A DNA stretch of 64,000 bases from positions 1,184,001-1,248,000 of the forward strand of contig CAXXMV010000006.1 of assembly GCA_963662285.2 (NCBI GenBank), read 5' to 3'. Shown in pieces: positions 38,502-47,356 of this stretch (positions are counted from its first letter, which is position 1; the number at the start of each line of letters is the position of its first letter). A model generated the notes under the pieces. The model was not told where the DNA came from and did no database searches. It was given only the letters and a program-made list of their open reading frames with translations. Both the position numbers and the translations under genes were made by a program. Origin of the DNA: a bacterium (GTDB lineage: Bacteria > Hinthialibacterota > Hinthialibacteria > Hinthialibacterales > Hinthialibacteraceae).

Positions 38502-41500
38502 TTATTTTGTTTTAACTGGATCTGCTGGTCGAGGAGGCAGTTTTCTAGGATATTCATCTATCTTTTTTAGGATTTCCTGGATTCCCTGCTCTAACTGAGG
38601 ATCCCGGCCTTTGAGTACTGATTCCGGATCATTATCGATTTCAATATCCGGATCTACCCCATAGCCCTCAATGATCCATTGGCCATTTTCATCATTGGTA
38701 CCACTTAACGGAACGAATACCTGCCCGCCGTCAAGCAAGGGGCCCCGTCCGGAGATTCCTACTACGCCACCCCAAGTTCGTTTACCAATCAACGGACCAA
38801 GACCTGCTTTGCGATAATAATATGGGAAAATATCACCGTCTGAAGCAGAGGTTTGGTTAATCAAACATACCGTATGACCGTGGAACACTGTGTAAGGATA
38901 GGTCTCCGGGTAGTTGCTGGAATTACCAAATCGCGTCCCCAGTAACTTTGTGTCTAGGCGTTCGATGATCCATTGAGACACATTCCCGCCGCCATTAGAG
39001 CGCACGTCAATGACAAGACCTTCCTTGCGGATTTGGGGATAAAACCATTTGATAAACTCATAGATGCCATTTGCGCCCATGTCCGGTATATGAAGGTAGC
39101 CAACCCGTCCATCAGTCAACTTAGCGACTTTTTCAAGATTCTCGCTAACCCACTCCAGATAGAGGAGATTATCTTCACTAAAGATCGGCTTAAATGTTAC
39201 TTCACTCGCATCCTTTATAGTAGGATTAGAATTAAGAGTAAGAGTTATTGGATCAGTTTTGTGCTGCAACAATCGATAAGGATTATCGTCGCCTTTCAAT
39301 TCAACTCCATCAATGGCGAGAATATAGTCGCCAACATTAGCCTCTATACCGATTTCGTTCAGGGGAGAAATGTATTTTTCCTCCTCATTATCGCCTTTGA
39401 ATATTTTCGAGATGCGATACCTTCCTGCTTCCTTATCCAATTCGAACCGGGCGCCCGGTAAGCCCACTTTGGGCCGTTCAGGAATCTCAAAATCTCCTCC
39501 GACAATATAACAATGCCCCGCACTTAGTTCAGACACCATTTCACTCAAAACATAGTTAAGGTCAGAACGATGAGCCACATGTTTTAGCCAGGTTCTATAT
39601 TGATCGCCTATTGCTTTCCAATCATACCCGTGCATATTTTTCACGTAGAAAAAGTCACGGTAGCGCCTCCAGACTTCGTTGAATATTTCCTCCCACTCTT
39701 GAGATGGAACGCGGTCCACCATCAGGCCTTTGGTCGAAACAGTCTTTTGATCCTTCGCTTCTGGTTTAGCATCGTATAAATGGTACGCTCCCTTTTGGCT
39801 TACCAATACTTTATTACCATCTGAAGAGAGAGCGTAACCAGACATATCTTCAACCAGTACTTTGTCTTCCCGTTTTTCCAGCGAATAAATATGAAGGTTC
39901 GATTTTTCGTAGCTGTCCCGGCCATAGAAAGGAGCGCCTGATGTCTTATAAATCAAGTAGCCTTTCTTTGCGGAAAGACTGCTAATGTTATTAGATTCTA
40001 TCGGCGCCCGGACAACCCGATCCGCGAGACCTAAATAATCAATTTCGATGTAATCTTTCTGCTTATCTTTCTTTTTATCTTCAGATTTATCCTTAGATTT
40101 CTCATCACTCTCATCACAGTCTTCGACTTTTTTATCAGTATCCTTGTCTTTATTCTCTTCTTTTTCTTCCTCGAAGGTTATTTCATCGTTTTCAGGCGGA
40201 AAAGGATGTTTAACGTCTTTACGCAGCGACAAGGCAAAAATGCCTGTTTGACGGTTCGTTGCAAAGTTCCACTCAAGGGAACTGATCTGCGGAGCAAAAT
40301 TGCGATCGGAGAGATAGTAGAGATAGTTGCCCTCAATACCCCACACTGGATTATATTCATCGAAATAGTCATCCGTGATTTTTGTTAGTTTACAATCATC
40401 AACGCTCCAGATATAAATAGAGCGGTATCTATTAGGATTTTGCATGGAGAAAGCCAAATGCCCGCCATTTTTGGACCAGACATAGTCTCTGATCATTCCA
40501 AACTCGTCGTCTGCGATTTGAACGATTGTTTTATCAGAGATGGTTAGCGCATAAAGTTTTCCGTTTTTATCGGAGAAAGCCAGCCGTTTTCCATCTGGAG
40601 ACCATTCCGGTGCGTATAGCATGGCTTTAAATTCGGTAGTAAGTTGTTCGGGTTTTCCGGCGCCATCCTGATCGATTAGATATAGCTGATCTTCGCCAGT
40701 CATGTCCGAAATAAAGGCGATCTTTTTACCATCCGGAGACCAACGCGCCCATTTATCGTGCGCATTGGAGGTATTGGTTAGATTTCGAGTAGTTCCTTTT
40801 TCGATAGGCGCGGTAAAGACATCTCCTCTTGCTACGAATAACGCTCGTTCACCTTTAGGACTAAGTTCGAAATCTTCAATGTTCTTCTCAGCCGAATAGC
40901 GGGATGGCCGCATAGCTAAACCGTCATCAGGCACTAAAATAGAAATCTTCTGATCCTGTCCGGATGTTGTATCGAAAATCTGAAGTTCACCGTTCAACTC
41001 ATATACGATTTTGTTTATATTATCTGAACTGGGCCAGCGAATATCCCACTTGGTGCTATGTGTAATTTGCGTTAATTCCCCGGAATCGACTTTGTAGTCG
41101 TATAGATTGAGCGTGCCGTCACGATCCGATGAGAAATAAATGGAATTACCGATCCACATGGGATCACGCTCGGAACGTTTGCTTGGGGCAATCTTTTTAG
41201 CCTCATACGTATTTAAGTCAAAAATGTAGAGATTCTGCGCCCAACCGCCTTCGTAACGCTTCCAAGTTCGAAAGTCGCGAAACAGAGGGGAGTAGACTAC
41301 TTTTTGGCCATCAGGTGAATAGTCTCCAGCGCCGGAGGTTGGCATCTGAAGTTTTTCCGGTAGACCGCCATCAGTACTTACGGTATACAAAGCCGTCAAC
41401 ACGCGACCGCCATTGGCGTCGCGAAGCGAGCGGAATAGAACTTTTTCGCCATCCGGCGTCCAACCATATACTTGGTTGTCGTATCCCCAACGCGGCGGTA

Positions 41501-41843
41501 ATGGTCCATGAGCGGGGTAATATGTGAGTTGCTTGGGGATGCCGCCTTCTGCGGGGATTACGTAAACTTGTTCGTCGCCATCATACTGTCCAGTAAACGC
41601 TATCCATTTACCGTCCGGTGAGAATTTAGGGAACAATTCTTGACCAGAATGAGCGGTAAGCCGCACCGCAATTCCCCCAACGCTATTTGCCTTCCATAAA
41701 TCCCCCCCATAACAGAATACTACCGTATCCTCATGAATGTCTGGAAACCGCAACAACTTTGTTTGAGCAGATACTATTTCTGTTGTGAATAGAACGCATA
41801 AAAAAAGCATAATCGAACATAGTATGGATTGACGTAAGCGCAT
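38502..41843 (-). CDS. Tricorn protease homolog (S41 peptidase, beta-propellers + PDZ)
   Basis: LLRFPDIH, FSPDGKWIAF repeats, WKRYEGGWAQ, GYLHIPDM, IDVRSNGGGNVS, SASDGD, GKRTWGG, IEGYGVDPDI. Confidence 0.95.
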   Translation of the reverse strand: MRLRQSILCSIMLFLCVLFTTEIVSAQTKLLRFPDIHEDTVVFCYGGDLWKANSVGGIAVRLTAHSGQELFPKFSPDGKWIAFTGQYDGDEQVYVIPAEGGIPKQLTYYPAHGPLPPRWGYDNQVYGWTPDGEKVLFRSLRDANGGRVLTALYTVSTDGGLPEKLQMPTSGAGDYSPDGQKVVYSPLFRDFRTWKRYEGGWAQNLYIFDLNTYEAKKIAPSKRSERDPMWIGNSIYFSSDRDGTLNLYDYKVDSGELTQITHSTKWDIRWPSSDNINKIVYELNGELQIFDTTSGQDQKISILVPDDGLAMRPSRYSAEKNIEDFELSPKGERALFVARGDVFTAPIEKGTTRNLTNTSNAHDKWARWSPDGKKIAFISDMTGEDQLYLIDQDGAGKPEQLTTEFKAMLYAPEWSPDGKRLAFSDKNGKLYALTISDKTIVQIADDEFGMIRDYVWSKNGGHLAFSMQNPNRYRSIYIWSVDDCKLTKITDDYFDEYNPVWGIEGNYLYYLSDRNFAPQISSLEWNFATNRQTGIFALSLRKDVKHPFPPENDEITFEEEKEENKDKDTDKKVEDCDESDEKSKDKSEDKKKDKQKDYIEIDYLGLADRVVRAPIESNNISSLSAKKGYLIYKTSGAPFYGRDSYEKSNLHIYSLEKREDKVLVEDMSGYALSSDGNKVLVSQKGAYHLYDAKPEAKDQKTVSTKGLMVDRVPSQEWEEIFNEVWRRYRDFFYVKNMHGYDWKAIGDQYRTWLKHVAHRSDLNYVLSEMVSELSAGHCYIVGGDFEIPERPKVGLPGARFELDKEAGRYRISKIFKGDNEEEKYISPLNEIGIEANVGDYILAIDGVELKGDDNPYRLLQHKTDPITLTLNSNPTIKDASEVTFKPIFSEDNLLYLEWVSENLEKVAKLTDGRVGYLHIPDMGANGIYEFIKWFYPQIRKEGLVIDVRSNGGGNVSQWIIERLDTKLLGTRFGNSSNYPETYPYTVFHGHTVCLINQTSASDGDIFPYYYRKAGLGPLIGKRTWGGVVGISGRGPLLDGGQVFVPLSGTNDENGQWIIEGYGVDPDIEIDNDPESVLKGRDPQLEQGIQEILKKIDEYPRKLPPRPADPVKTK

Positions 41844-42010
41844 GGCTTCTCCTTTAATTCAGTAAATTAAATAATATTTTAGTCCTGTGAAAAACAATTA
41901 AACTGACTGGTATTATATATTTAATAGTCGCTGTCTTTATAGACGTAATATTGAATAAAATTACAGAGTTGTAAGGTCTCTACAGAACAATAGGTTTAAC
42001 ATAATGGTTT

Positions 42011-42110
42011 ATCAAGGGCGGAAAATACGGAAAATACACTGCCCTTGGCGTCCAACTTAAGGTGTATAAAATCCCCCCTCGCCCTAGCCCTCTCCCGCCG
42101 GGAGAGGGGA
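42011..42110. repeat. Family B REP (single relative of the 85-bp unit) plus a CCCTCTCCC/GGGAGAGGG hairpin
   Basis: ATCAAGGGCGGAAAATACGGAAAATACACTGCCCTTGGCG (42011-42050) and CCCCCCTCGCCCTAGCCCTCTCCCGCCGGGAGAGGGGA (42073-42110). Confidence 0.7.
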
Positions 42111-42123
42111 CTTTGGATTGATT

Positions 42124-43005
42124 CTATTTTAAGCCTTCCGGTAGGATTAAGCCTGATGGGGGTATGGTTAGTTCGGAGCGCAGCTGGGTGTGGTTTTGCG
42201 TGTCGCCTCCGGTTTGCAGGAAAAAGCGCAGTGCTGTGGTGATTCCGGCGTCAATGTTGAGCGTCGGGGTATTATCGGCTGTGAATCGTGCGCGGCTTAG
42301 TGATACCCAATCGCCGTCCACCGTTTTGACCCAGCCGCCGCCGTATTCTGCATTTCTTACTTGAGTCGCGCTGAGGCCATTGCGCCGGAAATCTTCCACA
42401 AAGCAATAATACCCTTTCAGATACTCTCCGCCGGTAGTGGTTTGGAAACTCGCTAAATGCTTCCACGCCTGTGATTCATTTAAGAAAAAATAAGCGGAAT
42501 AAGTGGTGTGTTCACCATCAACTTTGGCATGGACCAGGCATTTGTACGTCTCGTCCACTTTCCACTGATAGGGGAACATGCTTTTGCCGCCGGTTCCTTC
42601 ATTGCCGAAACGGCTGATGCGTACGCCTTCGCCATTGTGTAACACTTTCACCCGGCGGTCTTCTTCTACTGAGTTGGGATCATTTTGTTTTCCGGGATCC
42701 CAGACGGAAAAGATAACCACTTTATCTTCGGGAGAACGAATTTCTTGAATGCCGAAATACCCATGCCGGAATCCACACACGGAAAAATAGGTTCCAGGAT
42801 GAGACTCTTTTACAGTGACTTCATTGTAGTAGATGCTGCCATCCGGCGCCGGGAACCATAAATGCACCGACCGCGCCGCTTTTGGTTTTTCTTCTTGGGC
42901 TTGAATAGATGATGAAACGAAGAATAAAACCAGTGAAATAATTATTACGCTTTTCATACGGATTGATTGTAAGTTTATCATGTTAAATTGATTATCATTA
43001 AACAA
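42124..43005 (-). CDS. Secreted DUF3472-like protein (true start probably 42957)
   Basis: AARSVHL, YYNEVTV..S.PGTYF..CGF..GYFGIQE, VIFSVWD, FGNEGTGG, FVEDF pattern. Confidence 0.8.
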   Translation of the reverse strand: MFNDNQFNMINLQSIRMKSVIIISLVLFFVSSSIQAQEEKPKAARSVHLWFPAPDGSIYYNEVTVKESHPGTYFSVCGFRHGYFGIQEIRSPEDKVVIFSVWDPGKQNDPNSVEEDRRVKVLHNGEGVRISRFGNEGTGGKSMFPYQWKVDETYKCLVHAKVDGEHTTYSAYFFLNESQAWKHLASFQTTTGGEYLKGYYCFVEDFRRNGLSATQVRNAEYGGGWVKTVDGDWVSLSRARFTADNTPTLNIDAGITTALRFFLQTGGDTQNHTQLRSELTIPPSGLILPEGLK

Positions 43006-43231
43006 AGTTTAATGCTCTTTCTATGGATAATATGAAACGACATTTTAGTCGAAATAAATCTTTACCCAATCTCTAGTGTAGGGATTAAACTTGCTATATT
43101 TGCAACATGAATCATCTGACTGAATCCTTGACTGAATCCGCTATTATGAGAAAATTAATACTAATCCGGTAAACGGGTATATTTTACCTGTCAAATTTGA
43201 ATATCCCGGACGATAAAGAAAGGAAATAGTT

Positions 43232-44224
43232 ATGAAAAGAAATATTTTGTTGTGCTGCTTATTGTTGATTGCCATGGTTAGTGGATGGAGCGCTCCGAGT
43301 GATATTGTGTGGACCGATGATGTTGCTAATAACCCAGTGATTATTGAGCCGGGTTTGACCGAAGCCAACCGGGCCTACTATGCGACAGTTATATTTGATC
43401 CATACGCCAATATCTGGCGGGCCTGGTTCGACGCCAGCAGCGGCGCGGATGTGGCATACGGCCAGTCTTCTGATATCGATGGCATCAACTGGGGCGACTA
43501 TGCTCTATGTCAGGGATTCACCGAATCGTTTAAGCAGAGCAAAGCCTTTGTTATTCAATTAGGTGAAAACTTGTTTCGCATGTGGTATACCGCTGATGAC
43601 CGTCTTGGAGGATATTTTATCAACACTTGCGAATCAACCGATGGCGTAAACTGGACCAATGATCAATGGACGCTGGGCATCGCCGAGCCGGATGCAGCTA
43701 CCTATGGCCCCATTGAACGGTTCACCGCCGTTCGTTTGGAAGACGGAAGTTTTGTCGCTTACGTTCGTTGTGAAGAACCGGAAATCGAAGGAACTGTTGA
43801 AGGCGTAAAACTGCTGTACCGTTATACCTCAGATGACGGCATACAGTGGACCTGGACCAATGATACATTGGTTAACGGCGTTGAGGGATTGGAAGGCATC
43901 GAATTTTCATCGGTTGTTAAACATCCGGATAAAGCAGGCGTGTGGTACGCCTGGGGGAATCCCGCAAATTCATCTGGACCGTTTCAGTCTTTTGTTTCAG
44001 TTGATGACGGCCTGACTTTTACGCTTGACGAGAATCCTGTTTTGGACATCGGTGAACTGGGAACTCAATCCTATAACGTTGACCGCAACTATCATCCCAG
44101 CGCTACTTATATGGGTGATGGCAATTGGGTTATGTTCCGTACTGTGGCCGAACCTAAAGGAACCGCTATAGCAACTGGAATTGAACAAATCGATACTGGT
44201 TTGAATGCGTGGGAATTATATTAA
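43232..44224 (+). CDS. Secreted beta-propeller protein resembling glycoside-hydrolase propellers, C-terminus TGLNAWELY
   Basis: Signal peptide; repeated S.DG.NW / SDDG..W Asp-box-like motifs; NPVI/NPVL blades. Confidence 0.75.
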   Translation: MKRNILLCCLLLIAMVSGWSAPSDIVWTDDVANNPVIIEPGLTEANRAYYATVIFDPYANIWRAWFDASSGADVAYGQSSDIDGINWGDYALCQGFTESFKQSKAFVIQLGENLFRMWYTADDRLGGYFINTCESTDGVNWTNDQWTLGIAEPDAATYGPIERFTAVRLEDGSFVAYVRCEEPEIEGTVEGVKLLYRYTSDDGIQWTWTNDTLVNGVEGLEGIEFSSVVKHPDKAGVWYAWGNPANSSGPFQSFVSVDDGLTFTLDENPVLDIGELGTQSYNVDRNYHPSATYMGDGNWVMFRTVAEPKGTAIATGIEQIDTGLNAWELY

Positions 44225-44252
44225 ACGCAAAAATGTTTCATCGTAAATTAAA

Positions 44253-44284
44253 GACGGGGCGTTGATTATTGCGCCCCGTTTTTT
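44253..44284 (+). terminator. Rho-independent terminator
   Basis: GACGGGGCG-TTGATTATTG-CGCCCCGTT followed by a T run, 30 nt after the stop. Confidence 0.75.
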
Positions 44285-44313
44285 CGTTTAGGGGGAAAAA
44301 TGAAATCGGAAGT

Positions 44314-45806
44314 GGAAGTGATAGCATCAAGGGCAGAAAATACACTGCCCTTGCCACCCTTCTTGCTCTTGGCGCTCGTCTTGCTCTTGGAACTCGTCGG
44401 AAGTGATAGCATCAAGGGCAGAAAATACACTGCCCTTGCCACCCGTCTTGCTCTTGGCGCTCGTCTTGCTCTTGGAGCTCGTCGGAAGTGATAGCATCAA
44501 GGGCAGAAAATACACTGCCCTTGCCACCCTTCTTGCCCTTGGCGCCTGTCTTGCTCTTGGAGCTCGTCGGAAGTGATAGCATCAAGGGCAGAAAATACAC
44601 TGCCCTTGGCGCTCGTCTTGCTCTTGGAGCTCGTCGGAAGTGATAGCATCAAGGGCAGAAAATACACTGCCCTTGCCACCCGTCTTGCCATTGGCGCCTG
44701 TCTTGCTCTTGGAGCTCGTCGGAAGTGATAGCATCAAGGGCAGAAAATACACTGCCCTTGCCACCCGTCTTGCCCTTGGCGCTCGTCTTGCTCTTGGCGC
44801 TCGTCTTGCTCTTGGAGCTCGTCGGAAGTGATAGCATCAAGGGCAGAAAATACACTGCCCTTGCCACCCGTCTTGCCCTTGGCGCTCGTCTTGCTCTTGG
44901 AGCTCGTCGGAAGTGATAGCATCAAGGGCAGAAAATACACTGCCCTTGCCACCCGTCTTGCCATTGGCGCTCGTCTTGCTCTTGGAGCTCGTCGGAAGTG
45001 ATAGCATCAAGGGCAGAAAATACACTGCCCTTGCCACCCGTCTTGCCCTTGGCGCCTGTCTTGCTCTTGGAGCTCGTCGGAAGTGATAACATCAAGGGCA
45101 GAAAATACACTGCCCTTGCCACCCGTCTTGCCCTTGGCGCTCGTCTTGCTCTTGGAGCTCGTCGGAAGTGATAGCATCAAGGGCAGAAAATACACTGCCC
45201 TTGCCACCCGTCTTGCTCTTGGCGCCTGTCTTGCTCTTGGAGCTCGTCGGAAGTGATAGCATCAAGGGCAGAAAATACACTGCCCTTGCCACCCGTCTTG
45301 CCCTTGGCGCCTGTCTTGCTCTTGGAGCTCGTCGGAAGTGATAGCATCAAGGGCAGAAAATACACTGCCCTTGCCACCCGTCTTGCCCTTGGCGCCTGTC
45401 TTGCTCTTGGAGCTCGTCGGAAGTGATAGCATCAAGGGCAGAAAATACACTGCCCTTGCCACCCTTCTTGCCCTTGGCGCTCGTCTTGCTCTTGGAACTC
45501 GTCGGAAGTGATAGCATCAAGGGCAGAAAATACACTGCCCTTGCCACCCGTCTTGCCCTTGGCGCTCGTCTTGCTCTTGGAACTCGTCGGAAGTGATAGC
45601 ATCAAGGGCAGAAAATACACTGCCCTTGGCGCCCGTCTTGCTCTTGGCGCCTGTCTTGCTCTTGGAGCTCGTCGGAAGTGATAGCATCAAGGGCAGAAAA
45701 TACACTGCCCTTGCCACCCGTCTTGCCCTTGGCGCTCGTCTTGCTCTTGCCACCCGTCTTGCCCTTGGCGCTCGTCTTGCTCTTGGCGCCTGTCTTGCGG
45801 GCGCCT
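44314..45806. repeat. Tandem array, 17 copies of an 85-bp unit (67- and 103-bp variants) built from a CAAGGGCAG/CTGCCCTTG hairpin plus 18-bp sub-repeats
   Basis: GGAAGTGAT starts at 44314, 44399, 44484, 44569, 44636, 44721, 44824, 44909, 44994, 45079, 45164, 45249, 45334, 45419, 45504, 45589 and 45674. Confidence 0.95.
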
Positions 45807-45838
45807 AAAGTCGCCTTGGATATGGGATAGTATTGTAA

Positions 45839-47290
45839 TTAACCTTTAGAGGCGATTAATGCGCAGGCTTCATCGATGATCTCTGAGATGTGGCCGGTTT
45901 GGCTGGTTGCGTTGCCCAGGAAAGAGAATAGATAGGTTTTACCGCTTTTGGCATTGATCAGGCCGGATAAAGATCGAGAACCGTTGAGCGTACCGGTTTT
46001 GGCGAAAACCCGCTTATAGGCCGCTGTATCCCGCATGCGTTGTTTCAAGGTTCCACTCACGCCGGCCTGGGGGAGGGAATTAAAGAACAACTTTGATTGG
46101 GGTGATTTTCTAACTGATTGCAAGATGGCTATTATAGCGTTGGCGCTTAAGCGATTCTCGCGGGATAAACCGGAACCGTCAGCGAAATAAACGCCATCCA
46201 GTTTGCAGCCATGTTCGGTCAGGATGTCTTTTACCGCCGCCACTCCCATGGGCCAACTGCCCTGGCCGTATTCAGCGTATCCCAGGGTCTTGATAAAATG
46301 TTCGGCGTAAAGGTTCTGACTGTTTCGTAGGCAAACTTCAACCAGCTGCTTTAGTGGAGGAGATTTATAAACGTCAATCTTTTTCCATTGGTTACGCTCT
46401 TTCAATAAAATATCATCTCCATCAACCGGATCGCCTTTGACAGTTACTCCTTCTTTTTGCAAAGTCTCCTTAAGCACCGTAGCGAAAAACAGGGTTGGAT
46501 TGGGTACCGAAGCATAGATTGTTGATGAACGTTTGGCGCGAATGGTTCCCTTAACCTGAAGAGCGGTCTCTTTAGGATTACGTACTATTTCGACGCCTTT
46601 ATCAGATTTTCTGGTTTTGACAGTTTTTACTGAAGGTATGAGTTGAATGTATTTGGTAGGTGGATTAAGGGATAATTCAGCTGGTTTACCAGAGGCGTCG
46701 GATCCCTTGATTAAAATATCTATGCAGCCGTCGTTGAACGAGAGTGCGCTTATTTCAGCTGCATACCATTCTACTAAATCTATTGGATTCCAGTTTAATC
46801 CATGCGGTATGTCATCAAATACATCGTCAACTCCGATGATATCTCCCTGGATTGATTTGATTCCTTTTCTTTTTAGCAGCTCAGCCCATAGACGGAACTG
46901 ATAAGTAACATCTCCATTGTTGAATCTACCGCCGATGCTGGGATCGCCGGAACCGGTGATGATCAAATTACCATACAGGGTAGAACCTTCAATAGAACCG
47001 GTATGGAAGAGCGAAGTTTGATAGATGTATTCCGGACCAAGTTTGAGCAGAATGGCTGCGCAGATGGGAATTTTCTCATTTGATGCAGGAATTAATGTCC
47101 GGTGGGGAGTGATCTCGAATAGTTTGTCTGCGCTGTTGGCATTCTCGACCGAAACGCTCCAGACATAAGAAGGCTGCGTCTTGAAGAGAGTTGTAAGTTC
47201 TTCCTTCAAAGACGCAGCCGAAGATATGACATTATTGGTAAATAAGATCAGGCAGACGGTTATAAAATAAATTCGCTTTATCATTTGCAA
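45839..47290 (-). CDS. dacB: D-alanyl-D-alanine carboxypeptidase/endopeptidase (PBP4, S13)
   Basis: PASNEK (SxxK), GSGDPS, SQN (SxN), DGSGLSR.N, AKTGTL (KTG). Confidence 0.93.
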   Translation of the reverse strand: MQMIKRIYFITVCLILFTNNVISSAASLKEELTTLFKTQPSYVWSVSVENANSADKLFEITPHRTLIPASNEKIPICAAILLKLGPEYIYQTSLFHTGSIEGSTLYGNLIITGSGDPSIGGRFNNGDVTYQFRLWAELLKRKGIKSIQGDIIGVDDVFDDIPHGLNWNPIDLVEWYAAEISALSFNDGCIDILIKGSDASGKPAELSLNPPTKYIQLIPSVKTVKTRKSDKGVEIVRNPKETALQVKGTIRAKRSSTIYASVPNPTLFFATVLKETLQKEGVTVKGDPVDGDDILLKERNQWKKIDVYKSPPLKQLVEVCLRNSQNLYAEHFIKTLGYAEYGQGSWPMGVAAVKDILTEHGCKLDGVYFADGSGLSRENRLSANAIIAILQSVRKSPQSKLFFNSLPQAGVSGTLKQRMRDTAAYKRVFAKTGTLNGSRSLSGLINAKSGKTYLFSFLGNATSQTGHISEIIDEACALIASKG

Positions 47291-47356
47291 CCGTTTATGG
47301 CTCCCTCAAACTAAATCGAATTACGCATTAAACATAAGACTCTAAACATTAATACC

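Noticed and set aside
44314-45806. CRISPR array
   Set aside because: Units are near-identical along their whole length, with no unique spacers and no cas genes in the window.
44300-45808. The many 60-78 aa ORFs (MARAVYFLPL..., MIASRAENTL...)
   Set aside because: By-products of an 85-bp period that is not a multiple of 3; no RBS and no continuous frame.
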